Below, piece after piece: positions 1 to 17,155 of a stretch of 64,000 bases of DNA. Under the pieces are notes generated by a model, which saw only the letters and a list, made by a program, of their open reading frames with translations, was not told where the DNA came from and searched no databases. The stretch lies in assembly GCF_009914755.1 (NCBI RefSeq), contig NC_060936.1. One strand, written 5' to 3'. Position numbers and translations under genes: made by a program. Numbering within the stretch: the first letter of the stretch is position 1; the number at the start of each line of letters is the position of its first letter. Source of the DNA: the human T2T-CHM13v2.0 reference genome, Homo sapiens.

Positions 1-3000
1 AGGAATAGAAAGATATTCCATGCAAAGAAACAAAAAGGGAATACAGGTAGTATACTTATTTTTAGACGAAATAGGCTTTAGATAGAAAACAGTAAAAAGA
101 GACAAATACGGTCATTATATAGTGGTAAAATTGTAATATCAAGAGGATATTATAATTATAAATATATATGCCCCCAACCCAGGCCCTAAATATATAATGC
201 AAACATGAAGAGACTTGAAGGGAGACATATTGCAACACAATGATGAGATATAAATTATTATTTGATTACCTTTCAACATTGGACAAATCTTTCGGCAGAC
301 TGTCAGTAAGAAAACACTGGATTTGAGCTAGACACTAGACAAATAGAGCCTAACAGACATATACAGAACATTCCACCCAATGGCAACAAAATATACATTT
401 ATATCCAGTATTTTCTGACTACAATTGCATAAAATTGGAAATCAATAGCAGGAGGAATCATAGAAAACTAATGAACATTTGGCAATTAAACAATATGCTC
501 CTGAACAACTATTGGGTCAAATAATCAATCAAAGAGGGAATTAAAAAAAATCTAGAGACACAAAATTGAGAACACAACATATTGAAATGTATGCGATGCA
601 TCAAAAGCAGTTCTAAAAGGGAAGTTTGTAGCAATAAATGCCACATCAAAAAAAAAGATCTTAATATTACACCACAAAGGACTAGAAAAAGAAGAATAAA
701 CGAAGTCCAAAGTTAGTAGAAGGAAAGAAATAAAACTCAGAACAGAAATAAATAAAATATAGAGTAGAAAAATGTTATCAATGAAATGAATAATTGGTTT
801 TTTGAAAAGCTAAACAAAATTTAAAAACCCTTAGCTAGACAAACTAAGAAAAAAGTGAAGACTGAATAGATTAAATCATAAGTGAAAAAGGAGACATTAC
901 AACTGACAACACAAATGTAAAGGACCATAAGAGACTACTATGAACAATTATATACCAGCAAATTGGACAATCTATAAAAAAATGGATAAATTCCTAGAAA
1001 CATGTAACCTACCAAGACTGAATAATAAAGAAATTGAAAATTTCAAAAAAATAATAATGAGTAAAAAGATCAAATCAGTAATTAAAAATCTCTCATCAGA
1101 GAAAATTCCAGGACCATATGGCTTCATGACTCAATTCTACCAAACATTTAAAGAACTAATAGCAGTCCTTAAACTCTTTCAAAATATTAAAGAGGAGCAT
1201 ACTTCCAAACTCATAATATGAAACCAACATTACTCTGACCAATGCCAGACAAAAATACTATGAGAAAAGAAAATTGTAGACCAATATTACTAGAAAACAT
1301 AGATGCAAAAACCCTCAACAAAATGTTAGCAAACTGTATTTAACTGTACATTAAATGGATTGTTCACCATGATTGAGTGGGACTTATCCCTAGGATGCAA
1401 TGTTGGTTCAATGTATGCAATATAGTCAAATATATACATATTAATTATTATGATTCATCATATTACCAAAATGAAGGACAAAAGCAATTTGATCATCTCA
1501 ATAGATGCCAAACAAGCATTTTGAAAATTTAAATATCTTTTCATGATAAAAACATACAACAAATTAGGTATAGAAGAAAATTTTCTAAATGCAACAAAGG
1601 CCATACATGACAAGTATCATCATAGGTAATGATGAAAAGTTAGTTAATAGTTAATGATCATCATAGTTAATGATGAAAAGAACTCTTATACTCTCTTGGT
1701 GGTACTGTAAATTAATACAGCCATTTTGGAAAACAGCATGGAGGGTTCTCAAACCCTAAAGATAGAATTACCATATGATCAAGCAATCTCTTTACTGGCT
1801 ATATACTCAAAGCAACTGAAATCAACATACCAAAGACATACATGCACTCACATGCTTCCTAGATCGGGAAAAAGACAAGGAGGTCTACTCTCACTTCTTC
1901 TATGTAACAGTACTTGAACTCCTAGGCAGGGCACTTAGACAAGAGAAAGAAGTAAAAAGCATTCAAATAGTAACAAAGTAAAATTGTCTATTTGTGAACA
2001 CATAATCTTACATATAGAAAACTCTAAAGGCTCCACTAAAAAAAGTTAGAGCTGATTAATTAGTTTAGTAAAGTTGTAGGATACAAAAATTGCCTTATAA
2101 AAAATTAGAGGTGTTTCCACATAGTGAAAACAATCTGTCTGAAAGTGAAATTAAGAAAAGAATCCAATTTATGATAGCATCAAAAACCATACTTAGGAGT
2201 AATTTAAGGAGATAAAAGATCTCTATACTGAAAACTATGAAATATTGAAATAAATTAAAGATGATAAAAATAAATGGAAAGATAGCTTGTGTTCATGGAT
2301 TGGAAGAATTAATATTGTTAAGATATCCAGACTATACAAAGTCATCTACAAATTTAATGCAATCCTTATCAAAACATAGATGTCATTCTTCATAGAAAAT
2401 GAAAAAAATCATGAAATTCATATAAAACTACAAAAATCTCCAAATACCAAATGCAATTCTGACCAAAATGAACAAAGCCAGAGGCATCACACTACATGAC
2501 TTCAAAACATACTACAAAGCTATGGTAGTCAAAGCAGTATGGTACTGCATAAAAACAAAACATAGACCAGTGGAGAAACCAGACATCTATAGTCAATTGA
2601 TTTTTAACAGGGTTTCAGGAGCACGCAATGGGGAAAGGACAGTGTCTTCAATAAACGCTTTTGGGAAAATTGTATATTTACATACAGAAGAATAAAAATT
2701 GACATTTGTTTTACTATTTATGTAAGAATAAACTCAAAATGGATTAAAGACTTAAACATCAGACTTGACCCTATAAAGCTACTGGAAGAAAACAGAGTAA
2801 AAGTTCCATGACACTGGCTTGGGCAGACATATTTTGGATATGACCCCAAAAGAACAGGCAACGAAAGCAAAAGTGAACAAATGGGATTTCATTGAAATAA
2901 AAAGCTTCTGCACAGCAAGATAATTGATAGAGTGAAGAGACGATCCACTGAGTGGGAGAAAATAATTAGTAAATTGTATATCGGATGAGGGGCTAATATT

Positions 3001-4531
3001 TGAAATATGTAAGGAATACAAGCTACTTAATAAAAAGAAAACAAGTAACCCTATTAAAAATAGGTAAAGGGCTTGAATACATATTTCTAGACTTAAAAAT
3101 AGCTAACAGATATATGAAAAACATGCTGAACATGTCTAATCATCAAAGTAAGTTAAAATCACAATGACACATCACCTCACACTTGTTAGACTGGCTATTA
3201 TGAAAAAGATAAAAGATAAGTGTTGGCAAAGATGTAGAGAAAAGAGAACTCTTATACTTTCTTTGTGGTATTGTAAATTAGTATAGCCATTTGGAAAACA
3301 GCATGGAGGGTTCTCAAAACCTAAATATAGAATTACCATATGATCAAGCAATCTCTTTACTGGCTATATACCCAAAGGAACTGAAATCAATATACCAAAG
3401 ACATATATGCACTCACATGATTATTGTAGCATTATTAACAAAAGCCAAGATAGGGAAACAACCTAAGTGCCCATAAACAGATAAATTCATTAAAATATAT
3501 GTGATATATATTATAAAAATTGTGAGTACCAAAATGAATTCACTTATGTCCAACCAAACTAAATAAAGCCAGGAGGCCATGAAGGGAAGAGAGAAAGGGA
3601 ATTCAAGCACCATATTCCTGATAACAGAATACATTTCAAAAGTTTCCACCAAACCACAGCCTTGTGCAAAGAACACCTCTATGAGGACATCTTTCCAGTA
3701 ACTGTCTATTTTCCCTTGGCCTGATGTCACCATTGCTTATTGATTATTGTGTCCAAGAATTAGTATTTTAAATTGATTTCTGTAATATTTATGTGATCCT
3801 CCTCCATTTGCCTTTAAAAACTTCCACTTTATTTGTCTCCCTGGATATGCCTATAGCCCTCCAGGGTTCACCATAGCATTCATACCCAGGATTTTCAAAT
3901 TCCCTATTTACTACTGAATAAATGTTTTTCTCTGAAGAACAGCATTCTCTTTTTTTCTTTTTAGGTTCACAATATGTTCCATATAATACTATTCAGCCTT
4001 AAAAAAACAAAACAAACAAAAAACAGAAAATTCTGCCATTTGGAACAACATGGTTGAGCCTATATTCTCTATGTTCAATTACATTGTTGAAAATGGCCTG
4101 GCACAGAGACACAAATATCATATTATCTCACTTATATGTGAAATCAAAAAAGTCAAACTCATAGAAGTACAGAATAGAATGGTAGTTACCAGAAGCTGGG
4201 GGAATGGGAGAGATGGGGAAAAGAGACATGTTGGTCAACTGGTACAAAGTTTCATTTAGATAAGAGTAAAAAGTTCTGGTGTTATTTGCACAGCATGATG
4301 ACCATGACTGTCATTAATAATAATTATTGTGTATTTCAAAGTAGCTAAAAGACGGTTTTAAATGTTCTCACTACAAAGAAATGACAAACATTTGAGGTGA
4401 TGAATATGTTAATTAGCTAGATTTGATCATTCTATAATGCATGTGTATATTAAAACATCACATTGTACTCCATAAACATCTGCAATTATTATCTGTCAAT
4501 TAATAGAAAAATAAAACTTAAAAAAAAAAAA
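1..4531 (+). mobile_element. Old LINE-1 (L1MA-type), ORF2 to 3' UTR/poly(A); runs off the left edge; interrupted by a templated insertion (1681-1854) and an LTR (3521-3971)
   Basis: Degenerate ORF2 translations (940-1221 MDKFLETCNLPRLN, 2468-2695 GITLHDFKTYYKA); L1MA-like 3' UTR (4050-4500) ending in an A-rich tail at ~4501-4531. Confidence 0.9.
3521..3971 (+). mobile_element. Solo LTR, probably ERV1 (MER4-group-like), inserted in the L1 3' region
   Basis: TG...CA termini (TGTGAG...AGGTTCACA), AATAAA at ~3918 followed by a T-rich U5-like stretch; L1 sequence resumes on the other side. Family uncertain. Confidence 0.65.
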
Positions 4532-5330
4532 CTAACACAGATTTTATTTGGTGCCTGAAATTGGGGTACTACTTGATGAACACCTAAAATTTTGAAGTAA
4601 CTTTTAAATTGATCAATGAGTAGAGTCTGGAAGAATTTGGAAGAATAAAATAGAAAAAGAGTACCTTGAAAAGATTGTTGATAGCAAAAATTGGACATTA
4701 AAGATTTTATCAATGAGTATCAGAAAGAAGTCAGGAAAATTATGGAGAAATTGTGAATCATCTTAGAAAAACCTAAATCTCTGTGAACACTATTGATAGA
4801 AATCTGAACTACAGGGACACTGCTGTTAAATGTTTCATGAGAATTGAGGAATATGTTATTGGAAACTTGGGAAAGGACTCTTGTTATTTTAGTGGCAGAA
4901 TGCTTAGTATAAGAATGTCTTGCAGTTATGAGGAATGATGATACAAAGAGCTATTTTTTAGTCTAAGCTTCAGAGGAATGCTCACTTTTCCCTTGATCTC
5001 TCTTGTGTCTCTAGCATTACGAAAAGACTATGCCCAGGCTATGACACGTGGGAAAAAGTCATTACCCTACTTGTCCTAAACAAAGCCACCCTGAAGTTGT
5101 TCTAAACAACAAAAAGTCAAGTTACCCTAGTTGTCCTAAACAAAGCCACCTTGAATCATCTTACACCCAACCACCTCCTTACCACATGAATGAGTCCAAT
5201 GAAATCAGCAAAGCTACTTCTCTGACCACCTCAGAAGAACGAGTAACAATCCTTGAGTTTTATGTGCCACTATACTTTTGTGATTATTTGCAATGCAGCA
5301 TTATTTTCGGCCAATAGTTAACTTATATCG
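4532..5330 (+). mobile_element. MaLR (MLT1) relic: internal-region start plus LTR 3' portion
   Basis: AACTAACACAGATTTT...TTGGGGT...CCTAAAA resembles the MLT1 LTR/internal junction; 5255-5330 resembles an MLT1 LTR 3' end. Confidence 0.55.
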
Positions 5331-5744
5331 TGTGATTATTTATATCATCTATATTTTCAATTAAACAATAAGCACCATGTGGGTAGGGACTATAGCTCTA
5401 TTCACTATTTAATTATCTTTCAAACTCTAGAGGAGTAAAGATAGTAGGCAATGATTTCATAACTAAGTTAAGTGGTGTTGTATAAGCAATAATAGAAACA
5501 ATGAAAAATCAGCTTCTTTAGGAAACTTTGTGAAAAATATGATTGGTAAATAGGGTTAGGCCAATATAAATATTTTGGAAAAAAATAAGGGAAAGAAGCA
5601 AGTACATTCACTTAGGTGAAAGGAGGATATGCAATAAGAATTGATAAAAAAGGAAGATGTTTAGGATCTCACCATTAATAAGTGGAGAAAAGGAGCAAAG
5701 CTGTAGATTTTTGAAAAGTATATGAAATTTTATAACTCTGTTCA

Positions 5745-6050
5745 GGCCGGGTGCAGTGGCTTACACCTGTAATCACAACACTTTGGGAGGCCAAAGCAGA
5801 TGGATCACCTGAGGTCAGGGGTTCAAGACCAGCCTGGCCAACATGGTGAAACCCTGTCTCTACTAAAAATACAAAAATTAGCCGGGTATGGTGGCAGGCA
5901 TCTGTGATCCCAGCTACTCAGGAGGCTAAGGCAGGAGAGTCACGTGAACCTGGGAGGCGGAGGTTGTGGTGAGCCGAGATTGCACCACTGCACTGCAGAC
6001 TGGGCAAAAGAGTGAGACTCCATCTCAAAAAAATAAATAAATAAAATAAA
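5745..6050 (+). mobile_element. Alu (AluSx-like), full length
   Basis: GGCCGGGTGCAGTGG start, dimeric body, A/TAAA tail; TSD ATAACTCTGT(T/C)CA at 5732-5744 and 6051-6063. Confidence 0.97.
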
Positions 6051-6361
6051 ATAACTCTGTCCAGTATTCAGTATATTTTTCAGTGTTGTGACTTGTGCTC
6101 TAAGGTTTCAGAAACATTAATTTGTAATGACTGAAGACATTCTTTTTTATTATTATTATTATACTTTAAGTTCAAGGGTACATGTGCACAATGTGCAGGT
6201 TTGTTACATATGTATGCATGTGCCATGTTGGTATGCTGCACCCATTAACTCGTCATTTACATTAGGTATATCTCTTAATGCCATCCCTCCCCTCTCCTCC
6301 CACCCCATGACAGGCCCAGGTGTGTGATGTTCCCCTTCCTGTCTCCAAGTGTTCTCATTGT

Positions 6362-10180
<3,819 letters not shown>

Positions 10181-10243
10181 GATGATGTTAGCTGGTTATT
10201 TGGCTCATTAGTTGATGCAGTTTCTTCCTAGCATCGATGGTCT

Positions 10244-11255
10244 TTACAATTTGGCATGTATTTGCAGTGGCTGGTACCAGTTGTTCCTTTCCATGTTTCT
10301 TGCTTCCTTCAGAAGCTCTTGTAGGGCAGGCCTGGTGGTGACAAAATCTCTCAGCATTTGCTTGTTTGTAAAGTATTTTATTTCTCCTTCACTTATGAAG
10401 CTTAGTTTGGCTGGATATGAAATTCTGGGTTGAAAATTCTTTAAGAATGTTGAATATTGGCTCCCACTCTCTTCTGGCTTGTAGAGTTTCTGCCGAGAGA
10501 TCAGCTGTTAGTCTGATGGGCTTCCCTTTGTGGGTAACCTGACCTTTCTCTCTGGCTGCCTTTAACATTTTTTCCTTCATTTCAACTTTGGCCAGTCTGA
10601 CAATTATGTATCTTAGAGTTGCTCTTCTCGCCGAGTATCTTTGTGGCATTCTCTGTATTTCCTGAATTTGAATGTTGGCCTGCCTTGCTAGGTTCAGGAC
10701 GTCTTCCTGAATAACATCCTGCAAAGTGTTTTCCAACTTGGTTCCATTCTCCCCATCATTTTCATGTACACCAATCAGACATAGATTTGGTCTTTTCACA
10801 TAGTCCCATATTTCTTGGAGGCTTTGTTCATTTCTTTTTACTCTTTTTTCTCTAAACTTCTCTTCTTGCTTCATTTCATTCATTTGATCTTCAATCACTG
10901 ACACCCTTTCTTCCAGTTGATTGACTTGGCTACTGAAGCTTGTGCATTCGTCATGTAGTTCTCAAGCCATAGTTTTCTGCTCCATCAGGTCATTTAAGGA
11001 CTTCTCTACACTGGTTATTCTAGTTAGCCATTCATCTAATCTTTTTTCAAGGTTTTTAGCTTCTTTGTGATGGATTCAAACTTCCTCCTTTAGCTCAGAG
11101 AAGTTTGATCATTTGAAGCCTTCTTCTCTTAACTCCTCAAAGTCATTTCCTGTCTAGCTTTATTCTGTTGCTGGTGAGGAGCTACGTTCCTTTGGAGGGG
11201 GAGAGGCACTCTTATTTTTAGAATTTTCATATTTTCTGCTCTGTTTTTTCCCCAT
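10244..11255 (-). pseudogene. L1 ORF1p, disrupted
   Basis: ATGGGGAAAAAACAGAGC start at 11255; fragment 10389-10904 (EIWDYVKRPNL...PIRLTADLSAETLQARREW) frameshifted. Confidence 0.93.
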
Positions 11256-11859
11256 CTTTGTGGTTTTATCTACCTTTGGTCTTTGATGATGTTGATGTAC
11301 AGATGGGATTTTGGTGTGGATGTCCTTTCTGTCTGTTAGTTTTCCTTCTAACAGTCAGGACCCTCAGCTGCATGTCTGTTGGAGTTTGCTGGAGGTTCAC
11401 TCCAGACCCTGTTTGCCTGGGTATCAGCAGTGGAGGCTGCAGAACAGCGAATATTGCTGAACAGCAAATATTGCTGCCTGATTGTTCCTCTGGAAGTTTC
11501 GTCTCAGAGGGGTACCCAGTCATGTGAAATGTCAGTCTGCCCCTACTTGGGGGTGCCTCCCAGTTAGGCTACTCAGGGGTCAGGGACCTACTTGAGGAGG
11601 CAGTCTGTCCATTCTCAGATCTCAAAGTCCGTGCTAGGAGAACCACTACTTTCTTCAAAGCTGTCAGACAGGGACATTTAAGTCTGCAAAGGTTTCTGCT
11701 GCCTTTTGTTCACCTATGCCCTGCCCCCAGAGGTGGAGCCTACAGAGGCAGGCAGGCCTCCTTGTGCTGCAGTGGGCTCCACCCAGATTGAGCTTCCTGG
11801 CCACTTTGTTTACCTACTGAAGCCTCAGTAGGTAATGAGTGGCACCCCTCCCCAGGGTA

Positions 11860-12366
11860 ATGGTGGGCGCCCCTCCCCCAGTCACGCTGCCACCTTGCAA
11901 TTCCATCTCAGACTGCTGTGCTAGGAATGAGCGAGGCTCCGTGGGCGTGGGACCCTCCAAGCCAGGCACAGGATATAATCTCTTGGTGTGCCGTTTGCTA
12001 AGACCATTGGAAAAGCACAGTATTAGAGTGGGAGTGACCCGATTTTCCACGTGCCATCTGTCACAGATTTGTTTGGCTAGGAAAGGGAATTCCCTGACCC
12101 CTTGCACTTCCCAGGTGAGGCGATGCCTTGCCCTGCTTTGTCTCACAATTAGTGTGCTGCACCCACTGTCCTGCACCCACTGTCCAGCAAGCCCCAGTGA
12201 GATGAACCCAGTACCTCCATTGGAAATGCAGAAATCACTAGTCTTCTGCGTTGCTCACGCTGGGAGCTGTAGACTGGAGCTGTTCCCATTCGGCCACCTT
12301 GGAACCGCCCCCCTGCCAACTGAAGACATTCTTTGCTCTCATTTCTTTTTTAAAAAACATAAATAG
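11860..12366 (+). CDS. L1 antisense ORF0 homologue, open for 168 codons (translation not demonstrated)
   Basis: MVGAPPPVTLPPCNSISDCCARNERGSVGVGPSKPG... aligns with primate L1 ORF0 (MAGAPPPASLPPCSLISDCC...); no stop until 12364-12366, which lies outside the element. Confidence 0.45.
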   Translation: MVGAPPPVTLPPCNSISDCCARNERGSVGVGPSKPGTGYNLLVCRLLRPLEKHSIRVGVTRFSTCHLSQICLARKGNSLTPCTSQVRRCLALLCLTISVLHPLSCTHCPASPSEMNPVPPLEMQKSLVFCVAHAGSCRLELFPFGHLGTAPLPTEDILCSHFFFKKHK

Positions 12367-13103
12367 GTGACCCATGACATTCTCCTGTGTGTCTGTCCTG
12401 TCTGAATTGTAGCAGATAATCTGTACTTGAGTAACGCAACCACCCATCATCTAACACTAATAAGGCAAATGTTTGAGAGCCATGAATGCCTGCAATTTTT
12501 CAGCATGACTACAAAAGAAGTTACTGCATCACATGTTGACTCCTTTGTCTGCCAGGATGGTACCTAAAAGGTCTTTTTTTCATAAAGTCTTAAGACTTGT
12601 CACAAAGAGATTATGGACTTGAAATCAGTAAAATGCCAATAAAAACGCTCTTTCTATCAGTGAGGATCTAGAGACACTTATGACTTCCTATGTTTGCTTG
12701 TTTAGGCATTGCTCTAATTTTTAATGTTTATATATTATTATATATATTTCTGTAAAAATATTGAAGATATTGGATGATTTAGGTAAATATTAACTTTGGA
12801 ATAATCTATAAAATTATGAAATTGTGTCAATTATTTTCCAAGTAGTTATTTACTTCAGTATTCAAGTATAACTATTGCCTACTTATATTTGTAGAATAAA
12901 ATGTGTGGAATTAATTTATTATTATAGCTATTTTATTTGGTTAGCTTATTTTTATTAGTGTAATAATGTATTTCAGGTATAAATCCCAATCTATTTTCTG
13001 AGAGATTTTAGTGTAATAGCCATTTCTCTTCATTTATAAATATATTCACTTCAGTACAAAATTAAGAAGTCTGAACTTTCAGTTAAAATTTTTGAAAATT
13101 CCT

Positions 13104-13402
<299 letters not shown>

Positions 13403-14152
13403 GAAAATTCCTTAGTAGACTTTTTATGGTTGATTGATATTCTCTATTAGAGTTGATATTTTACTTAATTTTAATATATATTTGCCCTCCTTAAACCACA
13501 TACATTAGTTTCTATATTTATACCTTCCAAATGTCTCTTTGTATCATTTACTTCTTGAGTAACTTTAGATATTGTCATGATATTATGATTCAAGAGAGCA
13601 AGAGTACCCATTAATATTATTTATTAAATTGACCAATTCAAAAACATGAACACAAATGCAAGGATTTTCCCCTATAATCAATACCAGTGATGCTATTCTA
13701 TGAATTGGGTTATGTCAATAGCAGTCAGATAATTTGCAGAACATTCTGGTGCAATCTGTGCTTTCAAAGATAGAATGTAAAAAATGTGGAAAGATGTCCT
13801 TACTGAATTACCAGAATAATGATAGTTTTAGAGTAAGTTTTACACTGCAAAGTTAAAGGACCTATGACAATAAAGTAAAAAAATTCTGTGGGTTATTTTA
13901 TTGGGGGGATTTACAACTTATTCTTTGTAAGTCAGATTCTTAATAATTTCTATATATTTTAAAATTAGAAAAATATTCCAGGACAAACTATATAACTGTT
14001 GCATATATAAATGGAAGGGGTGACACAAAACTAAAATATATATGTCTATAATTTTAAGAAAAAATGTTTTTTCAAATATTTTTGAGGGTTTATAGAATAC
14101 GTTTCTTCTATAAAAATCAAGAATGGTTTGCATACTGTTTAAAGAAAGAGTT

Positions 14153-14529
<377 letters not shown>

Positions 14530-14729
14530 TCATAGACAAGAATTTTATAGTTTTACATTTGCAGAATGTATAGATTTATTCTTATTAAATATATACCATT
14601 TTGCAAGAGTTTTACTACACATTGAGTATTGTGGGAATTCAAATATTAACATATAACTCTTATCTCCAAGGTGCTTATTATGCAGTTTGGGAGAAATTAC
14701 ATACTAATGTGAAAAACGATAAAAGCAAT

Positions 14730-14945
14730 TGTCCTAGACCATTTGGCTCCTATAACAAATTACCATAGACTGGATGTTTAAACAACAAAAAATTATTTTT
14801 CACAGCTCTGAAGGCTGAAAGTTTGAGACTAGAGTGCCAGCATAATTGGGTTCTGGTAAGGGCTCTCTGCCTGATTTGCAGAGGGTATCTTCCTGCTGTG
14901 CCCTTGCATGGTCAAAGAGAGCAGAAAGAAAAGAAAAGCAAGCTT
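14730..14945 (-). mobile_element. MaLR LTR 3' fragment (MLT1A/MST-like)
   Basis: TGTCCTAGACCATTTGGCT..TATAACAAATTACCATAGACTGG...TCACAGCTCTGAAGGCTG is the reverse of a MaLR LTR 3' end. Confidence 0.75.
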
Positions 14946-16479
14946 TATTGTTTTGTATCTATGTTTTGTGTTGTTAAGCTAAAACTGTTAAGGAAGGTCA
15001 CAAACAAGTGGAATTTGATGTAAATAGAATTTCCCTTTAACGAAAGCACTTGTGAGGCAATGTAAATAGTAAATAAATGTAGGGAGCTGGGAATCAGCAA
15101 TGACTTCTGTCAAGATACTGACCCCACATAAATAGAAAATATATGTAACATGGAAGATAGAGCATAAAAGAAAATTTGAACCTACCTGATGGGTAGATTT
15201 GAATTACTGGCTTAAGCGGCTGAACTTTGTTCCCAGTATGTTTACTCCATTGAGTGCGTGGATTCTTGGAAGATATATCTGGAACCACTTCCAGAAGCAA
15301 ATGAAAAATCAGACTACAGTCCCATCTCCCATGTTTAAACTCATTTGGTACCATTTCAATAAGTTTTATATAAGTATTGTATACAAAACTGAAAGCTAAA
15401 AAATAAATGTTCTAGGTCATAGGGAGTCAGTAAAATTTTAGGAGCAAGGGTGATTTTATTAAGAAGACTAGTATGCAGGTGGCAAAAAATAGCTATATAA
15501 TAAATAAAATAATGTATTCACATCATCAAGAGGCACAAAGATAGAGGTGGTTTAGGTGGTCTGTGGAGGTCCCACATAGCAGACAGTCTAGCTGTTGTAA
15601 GCCATAGGGACAGAATATATATTGACTTTGCTTGCCGCACCCCTGGGCCAATTGTTTAGTTGGGAAATGGAGTGCCCAATGAAGACTGTGGCAGGTAGAA
15701 TTGGAGTGAGGAAGCGGAAGCACCATAACTTTCATCCTCATCAAGGCCACATAGAAAGGAGTTCACCATGTGAAGAAATATGAAGCATAGCATGTATCTA
15801 ATAAAGAATAAATTACAGGAGCAGTAAATCATTAAGTAAATACAGGTGGGAGCTTCGGAGCTGATGCCTATGGAGAGCTGGAGATGTAAGGTTATTACAG
15901 CTCAGGAAAGAGCAGGTAAAGACCTGAACCAGGGTAGCAGGCCTTGAAATAGAAAGGCATGTGAACTGTACAAAAAATAAACTTATTCTTTTCACTTTTG
16001 TGTACTTGTATCGTGTCAAGCATCTGAATCAACAATTTGAAACATAGTTTTGCCCTCAGCAAATTTCTAAATGGCCTAAAATTGGTTTGTCCTCCGAACA
16101 ATTCTAAAAAGACTTTTTGACTTGTAGGACACATTTATTCACTTGTCCTGAAAACCCTACCAATTCTTATGATCAAATTTTTATTTCTCTTCCTCTTTCA
16201 TTTTTTCCCATTAATTTCTAATTTGCTATTTTTCTCAAATTCTCTATTGTGTATTAACTCACTTTCTTCAATCCTCCTTTCCTTCTGCTCTATCAAAGTA
16301 TCACTTCCTAAATTAGCCTTCTTGAGCTAGACAATATAGAATCTCACCACTACCTAACACTCCTCTTGTCTCTACTTTGATTTTATTCTAATACTATATA
16401 TACTATGTACTATCTAGTATAGTGCATAGTGTAATCATATATGTGATATATATATTTATGTAATGTATATCACAACCTA

Positions 16480-17120
16480 TTTTTCCCTCTCTACTGTAAA
16501 CTGAAATAGGACACTTTTTAAATTCTGTTCACTGCTATATTCTCTGCACTTAGAATATTTATTATCATGTAGGCATGAAATAAAATTTCATGAGTAAGTT
16601 ACCTAAAACTAATTTGTTAATTTTAGGGCATATCTTCAAATTCATATGATTTTCACTTAAAAATAATTTACTTACTATTTTTTGAAACCCCACTTTATAC
16701 TATGTACTGTAAAAATTTTTGAATATATAGAAATGAACAAAAATGTGTGGTCCCATATTTCATGGACCTTACAGTTTGGTGGGAATGGTGACATTTATGC
16801 AAATTATCAAACAAAAGTGTAACTGTAAAATATTACAAATGCTAAGATAACAAAATATACTTTAATGAAAAAGCAAGCAAGCCTACTCTAAGGAGTGACT
16901 TTTTGCTAGGGTCATAAAAGAGATCTAAGAGCTAGCTAAGCAATAGAAATAGGCAGGGTCATTGTAAATGGAATGAATGGTCTGAATCAGTAAAGACTTT
17001 GGCCCGTGGAGAAACACAAAGGTCAATATACCTGGAGCTTGTAATGAGGAAAGATTAGATGTTGATGAATTTAGAGAGATAGACAAGTACCAGAACACAA
17101 AGAAACTTCAAGGATCTATC
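16480..17120. mobile_element. Highly decayed L2 fragments (plus-strand 3' end ~16480-16590; minus-strand ~16700-17120)
   Basis: CTGTAAACT...TGTTCACTGCTATATTC...TAGGCA..AATAAA motif and GTCCC..TTTCATGGACCTTACAGTTTGGTGGG motif. Confidence 0.5.
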
Positions 17121-17155
17121 AAAGATATTAATATGCAACTATAGTTGGTCTACTA

